A stretch of DNA of 64,000 bases from an uncultured Alphaproteobacteria bacterium (GCA_937896365.1 CALBMH010000026.1:14480-78479); one strand, 5' to 3'; numbered from the stretch's first letter, positions 38,894 to 51,010 are shown. Made by a program: numbers and translations. Notes: a model not told the origin generated them from the sequence alone.

Positions 38894-41011
38894 ATGGTCA
38901 AGCTCATGATTAACAACTTTCCCGTTGAAGTACCTGAAGGATCCACAGTTCTTCAAGCGTGCCAACAAGTAGGTATAGAAATCCCTGTCTTTTGCTACCA
39001 CCCAAAACTTCCTATTGCGGGAAACTGCCGGATGTGTCTGGTGGAAATGGAGAAATCACTCAAGCCCATTGCCAGTTGTGCGATGCCCGCTAGCGAGGGC
39101 ATGGTCATCCACACAAACACTGACAAGGTGAAAAAAGCCCGTCAAGGCGTATTGGAGCTCTTGCTCATTAACCATCCCCTCGATTGCCCAATCTGTGATC
39201 AAGGGGGTGAATGTGATCTGCAGGATATTACGATGAGTTATGGCCGGGGAAGGAATCGCTTTGATCTCAATAAGCGCTCCGTTGAAGATAAGTACATGGG
39301 GCCCTTGATCAAGACCGTTATGACGCGGTGCATTCACTGCACGCGCTGCATACGATTTTGCCAAGAAGTTGCCGGCACTTCTGAATTGGGAACCCTTCAT
39401 CGAGGCGAAGAAACAGAAATTACAACCCTTCTAGAAAGTGCCATCACATCAGAGCTATCAGGAAACCTCATTGACATTTGCCCAGTGGGAGCTCTGACCA
39501 ATAAGCCCCATGCTTTTCATGGCCGATCTTGGGAACTCACTAAGACGCCCAGCATTGATGTGATGGATGCCGTAGGCTCCCGCATTTGGATTGACACCCG
39601 TGTCGATACAGAGATTGGCTCTCCACTGGAAGTGATGCGCATCCTCCCCCGTTCCTTTGACCCCATAAATGAAGAATGGATTTCAGATAAAACGCGCTTT
39701 TCCTACGATGGCTTGACATACCAGCGCCTTGATCAACCCTATCTCCGTCATCCCTCCTCAAAAGACCCAACGAAGAAAAATCCTTTGCAACCAGTCTCGT
39801 GGACGAATGCTCTCGACGCTGCTGCAAAATTGCTGACCAGTGTCAAAAGTCATGAAGTGGCAACCATCTCCGGTGACATGTGCGATGTCGAAGCTCTCTA
39901 TAGCTTGAAGAAGTTGATGGAAGCTTTAGAAGTACCCCACCTAGAATCCCGCTGGAACGGATCTAGGCTCATGCCACAATGCCGTGAAGATTATCTTTTC
40001 AATGTCACTATTGAAGGAATTGAGAAGGCTGACGTGTGCCTCATTATCGGTGCCAATCCACGCACTGAGGCTACTTTGGTTAATGCGCGTCTTAAAAAGC
40101 GCATGAGAAGTGGAGCGCTGACTGTGGGCCTTGTAGGGAAGGCCATTGACCTTACATATTCTTACACGCATTTAGGGGATACTCCTGGCGCGCTCGCTTT
40201 TTTGCGCGATCCAACGCATCCCTTCACACGAAAAATTGCTTTAGCCAATCATCCTATGATTATTTTGGGAGAGGCCGTTTTTGCTCATCCTGATGCAGAG
40301 AAACTAGAACATTTCATCAAGGTTTTTTGCCTAGAGAACTGTATCATTCGAGAGGGATGGAATGGCTATAATGTTCTTGCCACTGCAGCAGCAACTGTAG
40401 GAGCCTTTGATGTCGGATTTCTTCCAAAGAGCAACGGTTTTGTTCTCGAAGATATTTACGGAGCATGCGAGAGAGGGGAGATCAAAGTCGTCTATCTCTT
40501 AGGTGCAGATCAAATCGATTTCGCACGCTTGCGAAATGCTCTAATCATCTACCAAGGACATCATGGGGATGAAGGAGCAAACCACGCAGATATTATCTTA
40601 CCTGGTGTGGCCTATACAGAAAAAAATGCGACCTATGTTAACCTTGAAGGGCGCATTCAAAAAACACAGCAAGCGGTTCTACCTCCAAACAATGCGAAGG
40701 AAGATTGGAGGATCTTGCGTGCGCTATCTGAAGTGTGTGGTTCTCCTCTGGCCTTCAACACCCCTCAAGAGCTGTATAGGTGCCTAGTGGATGATTATCC
40801 TCTTTTTGCTACGGATGGCATGAGAAGAGATACTTATGTTCCGAAAATAGATAAACGCAAAGCAAGTGCAGCACTCAGTCATCGACCTTTTCTCTCACCT
40901 GTGTCAGACTTTTACATGAGTAATATCATTGCAAAAAATTCGATAATCATGGCGGAGTGTGCTTTAGCATTTAAAAAGGCCTTGAAGGAAAGAGTGAAGG
41001 CCCATGATTGA
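38894..41011 (+). CDS. nuoG: NADH-quinone oxidoreductase subunit G
   Basis: N-terminal 2Fe-2S and 4Fe-4S motifs [36 protein letters not shown] and [10 protein letters not shown]. Confidence 0.95.
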   Translation: MVKLMINNFPVEVPEGSTVLQACQQVGIEIPVFCYHPKLPIAGNCRMCLVEMEKSLKPIASCAMPASEGMVIHTNTDKVKKARQGVLELLLINHPLDCPICDQGGECDLQDITMSYGRGRNRFDLNKRSVEDKYMGPLIKTVMTRCIHCTRCIRFCQEVAGTSELGTLHRGEETEITTLLESAITSELSGNLIDICPVGALTNKPHAFHGRSWELTKTPSIDVMDAVGSRIWIDTRVDTEIGSPLEVMRILPRSFDPINEEWISDKTRFSYDGLTYQRLDQPYLRHPSSKDPTKKNPLQPVSWTNALDAAAKLLTSVKSHEVATISGDMCDVEALYSLKKLMEALEVPHLESRWNGSRLMPQCREDYLFNVTIEGIEKADVCLIIGANPRTEATLVNARLKKRMRSGALTVGLVGKAIDLTYSYTHLGDTPGALAFLRDPTHPFTRKIALANHPMIILGEAVFAHPDAEKLEHFIKVFCLENCIIREGWNGYNVLATAAATVGAFDVGFLPKSNGFVLEDIYGACERGEIKVVYLLGADQIDFARLRNALIIYQGHHGDEGANHADIILPGVAYTEKNATYVNLEGRIQKTQQAVLPPNNAKEDWRILRALSEVCGSPLAFNTPQELYRCLVDDYPLFATDGMRRDTYVPKIDKRKASAALSHRPFLSPVSDFYMSNIIAKNSIIMAECALAFKKALKERVKAHD

Positions 41012-42038
41012 TCTTGTCACCTCACTTTACCAGACCTATGGGCTCTACATTCTTGAAATTGTTCTTAAGATTATGCTTGTCGTAGTGCCACTGTTGCTAG
41101 GAGTTGCTTATTTAACCTATGCAGAGCGTAAGGTTATGGCGTTTATGCAGCTACGCGTGGGGCCGCAGCTTTGTGGTCCCTTTGGTTTACTGCAGCCCAT
41201 TGCAGATGCAGTCAAGCTCATGCACAAGGAAGTCATCATTCCCTTATCTGCTAATCGGTTTCTCTTTCTTCTTGCCCCCGTGCTCACTTTCGCGCTCAGT
41301 CTTTCTGCATGGGCGGTTATCCCCTTCAATAGCACATTTACTATTGCTCATATCGATGTTGGTATTCTCTACCTCTTTGCCATATCCTCTCTGGGAGTTT
41401 ATGGCATTATCATTGCGGGATGGGCAAGTAATTCGAAGTATGCTCTTTTTGGGGCTCTGCGTTCAGCTGCACAGATGATCTCCTATGAAGTGTCCATCGG
41501 TTTTGTTTTTGTGACAGTCATTTTACTCGCAGGATCTTTGAACTTACAACAGATTGTCCTCGCTCAGCAGGGTATGTGGTTTTGTATCCCTCTTTTCCCT
41601 CTCTTTGTTATTTTTTTCATTTCAGCACTCGCAGAAACAAACCGCACTCCGTTTGATCTTCCTGAGGCAGAGTCTGAACTTGTTGCAGGGTTCCATGTAG
41701 AGTATTCGTCGCTGTCCTTTGCTCTTTTTTTCCTTGGTGAATATGCCAATATGATCTTAATGAGTGCTCTTGCAACAATATTATTTTTTGGGGGATGGCT
41801 ACCTCCCTTTAATGTAGTCCCGTTGACCTACGTTCCAGAGACGGTTTGGTTTATCCTTAAGATCTGTTTTTTCCTTTTTATTTTTCTATGGGCCAGGGCT
41901 ACATTGCCACGATTTCGTTTTGATCAGCTCATGCGTATTGGCTGGAAGGTCTTTTTACCCATTTCTCTCGTTTGGCTTGTACTTACCGCGATTGTGGTCT
42001 TTGCTTTTGATTTGCAGTGGAAAGGGGCTCTTAGATGA
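41004..42038 (+). CDS. nuoH: NADH-quinone oxidoreductase subunit H
   Basis: [40 protein letters not shown] and [23 protein letters not shown]. Confidence 0.95.
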   Translation: MIDLVTSLYQTYGLYILEIVLKIMLVVVPLLLGVAYLTYAERKVMAFMQLRVGPQLCGPFGLLQPIADAVKLMHKEVIIPLSANRFLFLLAPVLTFALSLSAWAVIPFNSTFTIAHIDVGILYLFAISSLGVYGIIIAGWASNSKYALFGALRSAAQMISYEVSIGFVFVTVILLAGSLNLQQIVLAQQGMWFCIPLFPLFVIFFISALAETNRTPFDLPEAESELVAGFHVEYSSLSFALFFLGEYANMILMSALATILFFGGWLPPFNVVPLTYVPETVWFILKICFFLFIFLWARATLPRFRFDQLMRIGWKVFLPISLVWLVLTAIVVFAFDLQWKGALR

Positions 42039-42520
42039 AACTGCAAATGAGGCTCAGGCATTTCCTTCTTCTCGATATTTTTAAAGGATTTTGGACGACG
42101 TTGCGTTACCTCTTTAAGCGTAAAGTCACACTACTTTACCCCAATGAAAAGGGCCCCCTAAGTCCGCGATTTCGTGGGCAGCATGCGCTACGCCGCTATG
42201 AAAGTGGTGAGGAACGCTGTATTGCTTGTAAGCTCTGCGAGGCCATTTGTCCAGCGCAAGCCATTGTGATTGAAGCCGAACCGCGAGAAGATGGCACTCG
42301 TCGTACAACACGGTATGATATTGATATGACCAAGTGCATTTATTGCGGGTTGTGTCAAGAGGCATGCCCTGTGGATGCTATTGTAGAAGGGCCTAACTTC
42401 GAATATGCCACTTTCACACACAAAGAGCTTCTCTATAACAAAGAAAAGCTACTTGATAATGGTGATCGGTGGGAACGTCAGATAGAAGCTCACATCAACA
42501 CAGACAAGAGGTATAGGTAA
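42035..42520 (+). CDS. nuoI: NADH-quinone oxidoreductase subunit I
   Basis: Two ferredoxin-type motifs, [12 protein letters not shown] and [12 protein letters not shown]. Confidence 0.95.
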   Translation: MKLQMRLRHFLLLDIFKGFWTTLRYLFKRKVTLLYPNEKGPLSPRFRGQHALRRYESGEERCIACKLCEAICPAQAIVIEAEPREDGTRRTTRYDIDMTKCIYCGLCQEACPVDAIVEGPNFEYATFTHKELLYNKEKLLDNGDRWERQIEAHINTDKRYR

Positions 42521-42525
42521 AGCTC

Positions 42526-43167
42526 ATGGCAGTTGATATCGCCCTTCCTGAGATGACACCTACGCTGCTCATCTTTTTTATGGTATCTTTGAAGCTTGTT
42601 ATGATGACGGTCGGTGTGATCGCTGCACGCAACCCTATCTATAGTGTGCTTTTCCTTATTGCAGCTTTTCTCAATACATCAGTCATATTCCTCCTCGCTG
42701 GTGCAGAGTTCCTGGCTTTGATTCTAGCTATTGTCTATGTAGGGGCTGTAGCCATTTTGTTTTTGTTTGTTGTAATGATGTTTGATGTGAATTTTGATAG
42801 GGTAAGAGAGCATGTGGGAAGCTTTTGGCTTTTGGCAACAGGCTCAGGTTTATTTTTTCTAACAGAACTAGTAGCGGTTATATGGGTGTGGAAGAGTTAT
42901 GATCGTATAAGTAACGTTGGGGGGTACAGTGTTTCTGAAGAGGGAACGAATACTGCAGCTTTAGGGAGTATCCTTTATACAGACTATTTTCTTGCGTTTC
43001 AATTATCGGGAATGATTCTCTTCATCGCTATGATCGGGGCTATTACTTTAGCATTAAACAAGAAAAATACGTTCAAGCATCAAAATCTGGACAAGCAGCT
43101 AGAGCGATCCCCCTCTAACACATTGAGGCTCATAAAAGTCAAATCAAAACAAGGATTCCTTCAATGA
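42526..43167 (+). CDS. nuoJ: NADH-quinone oxidoreductase subunit J
   Basis: Position in the operon, a 5-TM profile, and [50 protein letters not shown]. Confidence 0.9.
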   Translation: MAVDIALPEMTPTLLIFFMVSLKLVMMTVGVIAARNPIYSVLFLIAAFLNTSVIFLLAGAEFLALILAIVYVGAVAILFLFVVMMFDVNFDRVREHVGSFWLLATGSGLFFLTELVAVIWVWKSYDRISNVGGYSVSEEGTNTAALGSILYTDYFLAFQLSGMILFIAMIGAITLALNKKNTFKHQNLDKQLERSPSNTLRLIKVKSKQGFLQ

Positions 43168-43469
43168 TTCCCCTGCGGTATTTTCTTATGCTCGGAGCGG
43201 TTGTCTTCTCCCTTGGACTTTTGGGAGTTGTTCTCAATCGTCGCAATCTGATCTTGATGTTGATGTCTATTGAGCTTATGTTGCTTGCGTCTAACATCAA
43301 TTTTGTCGCCTTCTCAAACCATTTACACGATCTGACAGGTCAAGTATTTTCACTATTTATTTTAACAGTAGCTGCAGCAGAAGCGGCCATCGGTCTTGCT
43401 ATTCTCGTCGTTTATTATAGAGAGAACCACTCTATTCGTGTGGATGATCTGAACCAGATGAAGGGGTAG
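43164..43469 (+). CDS. nuoK: NADH-quinone oxidoreductase subunit K
   Basis: 101 aa with 3 TM segments. [17 protein letters not shown] and [14 protein letters not shown]. Confidence 0.92.
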   Translation: MIPLRYFLMLGAVVFSLGLLGVVLNRRNLILMLMSIELMLLASNINFVAFSNHLHDLTGQVFSLFILTVAAAEAAIGLAILVVYYRENHSIRVDDLNQMKG

Positions 43470-43474
43470 TAGGG

Positions 43475-45361
43475 ATGATTGACGCAGTTGCTTTTTTTTC
43501 TCCTCTTGCTGGTTTTTTTCTCGCTTCTCTTCTCAATAAGCGTGTGAAGGATTCGTGGGTGCAGCTTATAACATGTAGTCTTATGGCGGTGGCAGCCGTT
43601 GCATCCCTTTATCTTTTTTTTAACGTAGGCCTCACAGAAACTGGAAAAAATAAAATACTTATTTTCTGGGAATGGCTGAATGTGGCAAATCTCAAAGTGA
43701 GCTTTGGTATGCTCATGGACAAAACAAGCCTTACCATGCTTGCGATGGTGAACGTTATTTCTTTTCTTATCCATGTATATTCCATCGGCTATATGGCCCA
43801 TGATCCATCCATCCCACGGTTTATGGGATACTTAAGTTTATTTACTTTTTTTATGCTTTCTCTCATCATGTCCCACAATTTGTTGCAGCTGTTTTTTGGG
43901 TGGGAGGGTGTAGGGCTCGCATCCTATTTGCTGATTGGCTTTTGGCATAAGCGACCTTCAGCCAATGCAGCAGCGATTAAAGCTTTTGTGACCAACAGGA
44001 TAGGAGATGCTGGACTTATTCTCGGTCTTGCAGGTCTTTTTTGGCTTAGCTCAACTCTTGATATTTCAGCGATTCTTAGTTCTGCGGAAGATCTGCTTTA
44101 TCAAGAGAAGATCTTTACTTTTTTCGGCTATGAGGTTGATGGGATTACTTTCGTGTGTGCGGCGCTTTTTTTGGGTGTGATGGGGAAGTCAGCACAGATT
44201 GGTCTCCATACATGGTTACCTGATGCTATGGAAGGGCCAACACCCGTTTCTGCGCTTATTCATGCAGCTACTATGGTCACAGCGGGGGTGTACTTACTGA
44301 TTCGCCTTCACCCTTTATTTGTGCTAGCGCCCGGGGTACAGGTGTTTATGTCCATTATTGGAGGAGCTACATGCTTTTTTGCAGCTACGGTGGCTATTGT
44401 CCAAGATGATATCAAGCGCATTATTGCTTATTCCACGTGTAGCCAGTTAGGCTATATGGTCATGGCTGCAGGTATGAATGCTGTGGATGCGTCATTTTTT
44501 CACTTGATTACCCACGCGTTTTTTAAGGCTCTTTTATTCCTCAGTGCAGGGGCCGTTATTCATGCATTATCAGATGAACAAAATATTGAAAAAATGGGTG
44601 GACTCTATAAGTACATTCCTTTTTCTTGGAGTATGATGTGGATTGGAAGCCTTGCACTTTCGGGGATTCCTTTCTTCTCAGGGTTTTATTCTAAGGATAG
44701 CATCCTTGTGGCCACATTTGCTGCGGAAACAACACTCTCATTCAAGCTTTTTTGGATAGGCCTTGTTGTTGCTTTCATGACAGCTCTTTATAGTTGGCGT
44801 TTGTTACTTAAGGTTTTTCATGGGGATCCAAAAGCAGATGAGCGTGTGATGGCTCATATTCATGAAGCACCGTGGATAATGCGTGTACCACTTTTGATTT
44901 TAGCTGTGGGGTCAGTCCTTCTAGGATTTATTTCTGAGAGTTTCTTTATCTTACATCATCACCCCGTCCCTAGTTGGGTCTTGCAGGCTCCCGTTGTTGT
45001 ATCTCTTCTTGGTGTTTCTGTTGCCTATTTTTTCTTTTTTTCCAAACCACACCTGGCGTTTAATTTGAGCCGTCATTTAAAATATATCTATGTATTTCTT
45101 TTAAATAAGTGGTTTTTTGATAGAATGTATCATAAAATTTTTGTACAGGGTGCCATACTCCTTGGGAACCTCTTTTGGCAAAAAGGAGATATAGAATTGA
45201 TTGATCGTTTTGGCCCCAATGGGATAAGTAACCTCACGGTTCGGATTTCTTCTTCTTTAAGAAACTTTCAAACAGGCTATGTTTATCACTATGCCTTCGC
45301 TATGATGATTGGGGTGTTTGCAGTTATTTTTTACCTCTTGATTAAATTGAGAGTTCTTTAG
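43475..45361 (+). CDS. nuoL: NADH-quinone oxidoreductase subunit L
   Basis: Antiporter-like subunit. FFGWEGVGLASYLLIGFW, KSAQIGLHTWLPDAMEGPTPVSALIHAATMVTAGVY. Confidence 0.95.
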   Translation: MIDAVAFFSPLAGFFLASLLNKRVKDSWVQLITCSLMAVAAVASLYLFFNVGLTETGKNKILIFWEWLNVANLKVSFGMLMDKTSLTMLAMVNVISFLIHVYSIGYMAHDPSIPRFMGYLSLFTFFMLSLIMSHNLLQLFFGWEGVGLASYLLIGFWHKRPSANAAAIKAFVTNRIGDAGLILGLAGLFWLSSTLDISAILSSAEDLLYQEKIFTFFGYEVDGITFVCAALFLGVMGKSAQIGLHTWLPDAMEGPTPVSALIHAATMVTAGVYLLIRLHPLFVLAPGVQVFMSIIGGATCFFAATVAIVQDDIKRIIAYSTCSQLGYMVMAAGMNAVDASFFHLITHAFFKALLFLSAGAVIHALSDEQNIEKMGGLYKYIPFSWSMMWIGSLALSGIPFFSGFYSKDSILVATFAAETTLSFKLFWIGLVVAFMTALYSWRLLLKVFHGDPKADERVMAHIHEAPWIMRVPLLILAVGSVLLGFISESFFILHHHPVPSWVLQAPVVVSLLGVSVAYFFFFSKPHLAFNLSRHLKYIYVFLLNKWFFDRMYHKIFVQGAILLGNLFWQKGDIELIDRFGPNGISNLTVRISSSLRNFQTGYVYHYAFAMMIGVFAVIFYLLIKLRVL

Positions 45362-46944
45362 TGAACATCCCTCTCTTAACATTCCTGATTATTCTTCCGC
45401 TGCTTGGAGCTTTGACGATATTTTTTATCGGTGATTTGCAAAGTTCAACCAATACGCCCCGTGTTGCGCTACTTATAAGTGGTATTCATTTGCTCCTTAG
45501 TTTTTTCCTATGGTTCCATTTCGATCCTTTCGTTACAGAAATGCAGTTTGTTGAAAAGTATCCATGGATTGCCTCTTTTAATAGTTCATATCATTTAGGT
45601 GTCGATGGACTTTCATTATGTTTTGTTCTTTTAACGTCTTTTCTTGTTTTTCTATCATTCATTCACAATTATCATCTTAAGCGCGTGCGGGAATATTATA
45701 TCTGTTTTCTTGTACTTGAGTCTTTTCTTGTGTGCGTTTTTTGCGCTCTTGATCTTATTCTTTTTTATTTTTTCTTCGAGGCCGTTCTTATTCCCATGTT
45801 CTTTATCATCGGTATATGGGGAGGAGATAGGCGTATTTATGCGACGTTTAAATTTTTCCTGTTTACTCTTGTGGGTTCTGTCTTAACACTCATTGCCTTT
45901 GTTGTTGTGTATTATGAAGCGGGAACAACAAACATACTCGAAATGCAGCATGCTACTTTTTCTTTTGATCTTCAATGCTGGCTATGGCTCGCTCTTTTTG
46001 GAGCATTTGCTGTGAAAATTCCTATGTGGCCTTTTCATACATGGCTTCCTGACGCCCATGTAGAAGCACCAACGGCGGGGTCCATGCTCTTAGCGGGTGT
46101 GCTTTTGAAACTGGGTGGTTATGGTATGCTACGTTTGTCTCTTCCTTTATTTCCTGAGGCATCCTATTATTTTGCACCGCTTATCTTTCTTATGTCTCTC
46201 GTTGCTATCGTATATACATCCCTTGTCGCTCTTGTGCAACGCGATATGAAAAGGCTTATTGCTTATTCTTCGATTGCCCATATGGGGTTTGTAACAGTGG
46301 GTATTTTTACATTTTTGCATTATGGAATTGTAGGGTCTATCCTTCAGATGTTAAGTCATGGCCTTGTGTCTGCTGCACTCTTTTTTTGCGTAGGTGTTGT
46401 TTACGAGCGTTTTCATACGCGGGAAATTTCCCATTATGGTGGGCTTGTATCGAAGATGCCTCAGTATGCGATTCTTTTTATGCTTTTTACTCTGGCTTCT
46501 ATCGGTCTTCCAGGAACGAGTGGTTTTTTGGGAGAGTTTCTCGTTTCCTTATCTCTTTTCCAGATTTCTCCGACATTAGCGGCTTTTGCCGTTCTCGGGG
46601 TGGTTTTAAGTGCCTCTTATGCTTTATGGCTTTACCGGCGTATTATGTATGATAGAATTAAGGGGGAAGGTATTGATGTGAAGAAGATGTTTGATTTACG
46701 TCTTTCCGAATCAATGGTACTTATAGCACTGGTTGTGCCGGTGGTTGTCATAGGTTTATATCCTCAATCCGTAACAACTGTTTTAAATCCTTATGCACAA
46801 AAGCTTCTGGAGGTTTGTTCGAAGCGTGTTGTGCATAAACGCACTCTTCTGGGTACATTTACAAGCACCCCTCCTGTGGGTTTGGTCCCACCCTCTTTCT
46901 TGAGGGTTTCCCCTTCGACTGTCACTGTCAAGCACCATGTCTAA
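45361..46944 (+). CDS. nuoM: NADH-quinone oxidoreductase subunit M
   Basis: FFFEAVLIPMFFIIGIWGG, KIPMWPFHTWLPDAHVEAPTAGSMLLAGVLLKLGGYG. The GTG start overlaps the nuoL stop. Has a ~35-aa S/T/P/V-rich C-terminal tail. Confidence 0.93.
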   Translation: MNIPLLTFLIILPLLGALTIFFIGDLQSSTNTPRVALLISGIHLLLSFFLWFHFDPFVTEMQFVEKYPWIASFNSSYHLGVDGLSLCFVLLTSFLVFLSFIHNYHLKRVREYYICFLVLESFLVCVFCALDLILFYFFFEAVLIPMFFIIGIWGGDRRIYATFKFFLFTLVGSVLTLIAFVVVYYEAGTTNILEMQHATFSFDLQCWLWLALFGAFAVKIPMWPFHTWLPDAHVEAPTAGSMLLAGVLLKLGGYGMLRLSLPLFPEASYYFAPLIFLMSLVAIVYTSLVALVQRDMKRLIAYSSIAHMGFVTVGIFTFLHYGIVGSILQMLSHGLVSAALFFCVGVVYERFHTREISHYGGLVSKMPQYAILFMLFTLASIGLPGTSGFLGEFLVSLSLFQISPTLAAFAVLGVVLSASYALWLYRRIMYDRIKGEGIDVKKMFDLRLSESMVLIALVVPVVVIGLYPQSVTTVLNPYAQKLLEVCSKRVVHKRTLLGTFTSTPPVGLVPPSFLRVSPSTVTVKHHV

Positions 46945-46959
46945 GGTAGGTTATTACAG

Positions 46960-48414
46960 ATGAATCTGACACACTTCATGCCGGCATTACCGGAAGTTAT
47001 CCTCATCTTTGCGATCCTCGGCTTTAGTCTTTGGGGAGCCTTGGGACGGAATAAGGAAAAACCATGGATTTTTCGTGGGACGCTCGTTGTCTTCTTAGGT
47101 CTCATTGTATCTTTGTTTTTTGCCACAAGTCTGCGTGACATTACTTTTAACGGTCACTTTTTTCATGATAGTTTTAGCGCCTTTATCAAATATGTCGTTG
47201 CGGTTGCGACATTTGTTATCTTGCTCAATCTCCACTCTCATTTATCTTTTTTCAAAGTCCGCCAGTTTGAATTCGCTGTCCTTCTTCTCTGCGCCGTTTT
47301 AGGGATGTTTATTCTTATATCATCCAACGATTTTTTACCCATGTATATAGCGCTTGAGATGCAAAGTCTGTGTTTTTACGTTCTCATCGGTCTTTTTCAC
47401 AAAGAAAGGCATGTAACAGAGGCTGTGGTAAAATATTTTATCTTAGGGGGAGTTGCCAGCGGTTTTATTCTTTTTGGTATTAGTTTTATCTACGGTTATT
47501 CGGGAACAACGAATTTCGACGTCTTAGAAAATGCTCTCAATTCGCTAGGAACGATGGACATTGGATTTTCGGTAGGGCTTGCTTTTGTCATTTGTGGGCT
47601 TGCTTTTAAGGCTTCTGCTGTACCCTTCCACATGTGGACCCCGGATGTTTACCAAAGCACACCCTATGCACTTCTCATTCTCATTGCTACAGCGCCTAAG
47701 ATCACGGTTCTTGGTTTTCTTATGAGATTCTTATGTGGTCCGATCTACAATGGGCTCAGCACATGGCAGCCCATTTTAATCTGTATCGCTTTAGCTTCAA
47801 TGGTTTTGGGTGCGGTTGCAGCTGTCCCACAGACAAACCTAAGACGCTTTTTGGCTTACGCGTCTATTAGTAGTGTTGGGTTTTCATTAATTGGAATCGC
47901 TTTTGCCAATGAAACGGGGTTACAAGCCAGTTTGTTCTATACGTCTCTCTACGTATTTGCGATGATTGGTCTCTTAACATGCGTAATGATATTACTGCGC
48001 AATGGTGCTACTGTTGACACCCTTGCTGACCTTAAAGGACTTGCAATACAACGTCCTTTTGTAGCCGTTGCTATTGCTATTCTTATTCTCACATTGTCAG
48101 GCTTGCCGCCCTTTCCAGGATTTCTGGGTAAACTTTTCTTGTTACAGGCAGCGGTAGGGTCAGAGTTTTATACAGTAGCAATTTTCATGGTTTTAACGAC
48201 CGTCGTAACAGCTTATTACTATCTGAATATTTTGAAGATTATGTTTTTTGATAGTGGACAGGCTTCATCGCTTATGGGAACGATCTCAGCAAACTTGAGT
48301 CTTAATTATCTTATCGTTATTACTTCCATAGGGGTATTGACGCTGCTTATCTTTATGCCTAAGTACCTTTTCAATTGGACAAATCTAGCTGCTGTAACAC
48401 TTTTTTATACGTGA
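46960..48414 (+). CDS. nuoN: NADH-quinone oxidoreductase subunit N
   Basis: Last antiporter-like subunit. YIALEMQSLCFYVLIG, KASAVPFHMWTPDVYQ. Confidence 0.93.
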   Translation: MNLTHFMPALPEVILIFAILGFSLWGALGRNKEKPWIFRGTLVVFLGLIVSLFFATSLRDITFNGHFFHDSFSAFIKYVVAVATFVILLNLHSHLSFFKVRQFEFAVLLLCAVLGMFILISSNDFLPMYIALEMQSLCFYVLIGLFHKERHVTEAVVKYFILGGVASGFILFGISFIYGYSGTTNFDVLENALNSLGTMDIGFSVGLAFVICGLAFKASAVPFHMWTPDVYQSTPYALLILIATAPKITVLGFLMRFLCGPIYNGLSTWQPILICIALASMVLGAVAAVPQTNLRRFLAYASISSVGFSLIGIAFANETGLQASLFYTSLYVFAMIGLLTCVMILLRNGATVDTLADLKGLAIQRPFVAVAIAILILTLSGLPPFPGFLGKLFLLQAAVGSEFYTVAIFMVLTTVVTAYYYLNILKIMFFDSGQASSLMGTISANLSLNYLIVITSIGVLTLLIFMPKYLFNWTNLAAVTLFYT

Positions 48415-48460
48415 GTTTTAAGGACATTTCCCTTCATCATTTTTATCGACTTTTTCATCG

Positions 48461-49240
48461 ATGACATTTACCTGTTATTCCTTCGATTCTGTTTCGAGTA
48501 GCATGGACGTTGCCAGCGACCTGTATCAAAAGGGCATATCTCCACCTTTTTCTATTTATGCCAAAGAACAAACTCAGGGGCGTGGGAGGCGTGGACGAAC
48601 GTGGGAGTCTCCTCAAGGAAATATCTATGCAACATTTGTATTGTCCTGTTCCCCTCGCCTCTTTCATTTATCTCCTTTTGCAGCTGTTTTAGGTCTCCAT
48701 TGTGCTCTTTTAAATGTGGCTGGTCCTGCTGATCCTAAGACAATCCATCATCCCAAACGCGAGGACTTTCATTCGCTTTTAACCCTCAAATGGCCCAATG
48801 ATCTGCTTTTGAATGGAAAGAAGATAGCAGGTATTCTTCTTGAGGTTTTAGAAATAAAACAAGACAGTGTCATCCTATCTCTTGGCATAGGTGTGAATAC
48901 GTCATCGTCGCCGCTTCATGTTCTTTATCCTACAACAAACCTAAAGGACGAAGGAGTTATGATTCCTAACGAGAGTCTTATGGAATGTCTGGGGCATTGT
49001 CTTTTGGACTCTTTTTCTTTTCTAGAAAATGGCGGGTGGCCGTCGCTGCGCCGGAAATGGATTTCCTTGCATGATCCAAAGCATTCTCTTATCCATCTTC
49101 AACAGGAGGAACAGCGGATAAAGGGAACGTTTATGGATCTCGATACCAATGGACACCTTGTTTTAGAAACGGACGATGGGACTATAAAAAGTTTTGCAAC
49201 GGGTGATGTGTTTTTTGCAGGCTCTAGCGCAAGTGCATGA
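48461..49240 (+). CDS. birA: Biotin--[acetyl-CoA-carboxylase] ligase (no N-terminal HTH)
   Basis: QTQGRGRRGRTWESPQGNIY (GRGRxGRxW motif) and KWPNDLLLNGKKIAGIL. At 259 aa it is too short for a repressor domain. Confidence 0.9.
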   Translation: MTFTCYSFDSVSSSMDVASDLYQKGISPPFSIYAKEQTQGRGRRGRTWESPQGNIYATFVLSCSPRLFHLSPFAAVLGLHCALLNVAGPADPKTIHHPKREDFHSLLTLKWPNDLLLNGKKIAGILLEVLEIKQDSVILSLGIGVNTSSSPLHVLYPTTNLKDEGVMIPNESLMECLGHCLLDSFSFLENGGWPSLRRKWISLHDPKHSLIHLQQEEQRIKGTFMDLDTNGHLVLETDDGTIKSFATGDVFFAGSSASA

Positions 49241-49387
49241 GCAAAGCCACCAAGACTATTAAGACTCTTGCCATAGTTTTTTCCCCTCTCCGGCAGAATT
49301 TTCCTACTTCTCCCTCATCTGTTAACCATTTATTTAGTTTTTGTCCTCTAGGGTGGGAATAGAAATTTTAGACAAATAAGAATAAAA

Positions 49388-51010
49388 GTGAACGAGCTTA
49401 AACAGTTTCTCCAAAGCCTTGGTGCAGGAAAACTCGTGGTTCTTATCGCAACAGCTATGATTTCCCTCGCATTTTTGGGGTATCTTATTATGCAAACGAC
49501 AAAACCCCCTCTGGCTGTTCTTTTTTCTCAACTCGAAGCTTCAGATGCAGGACAGATTGTCGATCGCCTTGAATCGATGGGAATCCCTTATGAGCTCCGG
49601 GGAAATGGCACGCAAATTTTTGTTCCAGGGGACCGTGTCGCACGGATCCGAATGGATCTGGCTCAAGCAGGTATTCCTGGAACAGGCTCCCTTGGCTATG
49701 AGCTGTTTGACAAGGCCGATATCTTAGGAACGTCAAGTTCGATCATGGATATTAACTTTGTTCGAGCAATGGAGGGGGAAATCGCAAAATCGATCCGCTC
49801 TATCCAAGGTGTCTCCTCAGCACGTGTTCATCTCGTCATTCCTAAAAAAGAAATATTTTCGAAGGACTACACGCCGCCTACGGCCTCGATTGTTCTCAAA
49901 ATGAATCATGGGCGGTTAAGTCAAGGGCAGGTTCTTGGCATTCAACACTTGGTAGCCTCTGCCGTTTCGGGGCTTTCTGCTGAAAAAATTACTATTGTGG
50001 ATGACAAAGGAAGTCTTCTCGCTCGGCAAAGTGATAGCAATGGCTTTGCGATGGGGAATAATCAGGAAATGCGCTCTGCTTACGAGCAAAAACTCGCCCA
50101 GATCACTGAGGGTCTCTTAGAAAAAACGTTGGGACCAGGCAAAGCACGCGTGGAAGTGAATGCTGAGATGGATTTTGATCGTGTGACAATTAATTCTGAA
50201 GAATATAATCCTGATGGACAAGTGGTACGTTCCACAAGCACAAGTGGTGAAAATGGATCGAGTAGTGAGCAAGGGAATGAGGGGACGGTATCTGTTCAAA
50301 ATGCCTTGCCCGAAAGTGAACAAGGAGGGCAAGGAGGTAAGGGAACGCAGTCATCTAACAAAAATAGTCGTAATGAGGAAAACACGACGTATGAAATTTC
50401 AAAGACTAACAAAACTCTGATTAAAGAATCAGGAGGCGTGAAGAAACTATCCGTAGCTGTTCTTGTAGATGGGACCTACGGACAAGATGGCAAATATCAA
50501 GCGCGCCCAAAAGAAGAGATCGAGCAGCTATCAACGCTCGTCAAAACGGCTGTTGGATTTAATACCGATCGTGGGGATGTGGTGGAGCTTATTAATCTCC
50601 CTTTTGCACCGGGTGAACCCATGGAGCCTCCTGCGACAATAGTTGATAAAATTCTTTCGCAGATCAGCCTCTCACAGATTGCAAACATAGCCATTCCTGG
50701 ACTTATTGGACTTCTTACACTGCTCCTTTTTGTCAAACCTTTCGTTGGACGGGTTATCGATCAAATCAGAGAATCGCCTGCGGGCGGCAAGACTATGGTG
50801 AATGCTACAACAGATGACGCACAGTCGCTCACAAGCGGTCCGATGCCGATGATGCTCACAAGTCAAGGAGAGGGGAAAGAAGAGACAATGCCACGTACAA
50901 TAAGTACAGCACAACAAATTAGGGATATGATCGAAGAGCATCCTGAAGAAACGGTCAACATTATTCGTAATTGGATGGCAACGCCCTCGACAGAGGTATC
51001 TAAATCATGA
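49388..51010 (+). CDS. fliF: Flagellar MS-ring protein FliF
   Basis: GTG start. N-terminal TM segment, then LFSQLEASDAGQIVDRLESMGIPYEL, GYELFDK and VHLVIPKKEIF. A second TM segment lies near aa 440. Followed by fliG. Confidence 0.92.
   Translation: MNELKQFLQSLGAGKLVVLIATAMISLAFLGYLIMQTTKPPLAVLFSQLEASDAGQIVDRLESMGIPYELRGNGTQIFVPGDRVARIRMDLAQAGIPGTGSLGYELFDKADILGTSSSIMDINFVRAMEGEIAKSIRSIQGVSSARVHLVIPKKEIFSKDYTPPTASIVLKMNHGRLSQGQVLGIQHLVASAVSGLSAEKITIVDDKGSLLARQSDSNGFAMGNNQEMRSAYEQKLAQITEGLLEKTLGPGKARVEVNAEMDFDRVTINSEEYNPDGQVVRSTSTSGENGSSSEQGNEGTVSVQNALPESEQGGQGGKGTQSSNKNSRNEENTTYEISKTNKTLIKESGGVKKLSVAVLVDGTYGQDGKYQARPKEEIEQLSTLVKTAVGFNTDRGDVVELINLPFAPGEPMEPPATIVDKILSQISLSQIANIAIPGLIGLLTLLLFVKPFVGRVIDQIRESPAGGKTMVNATTDDAQSLTSGPMPMMLTSQGEGKEETMPRTISTAQQIRDMIEEHPEETVNIIRNWMATPSTEVSKS

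Noticed and set aside
46830-46944. ~35-aa S/T/P/V-rich C-terminal extension on NuoM.
   Set aside because: I cannot judge it without an alignment. NuoM C-termini vary in length, and no independent signal suggests a fusion or frameshift.
49322-49336. TTAA-N7-TTTA upstream of fliF as a CtrA box.
   Set aside because: Only one half-site is perfect. I mention it in the flagellar finding but it is too weak to call as a feature.
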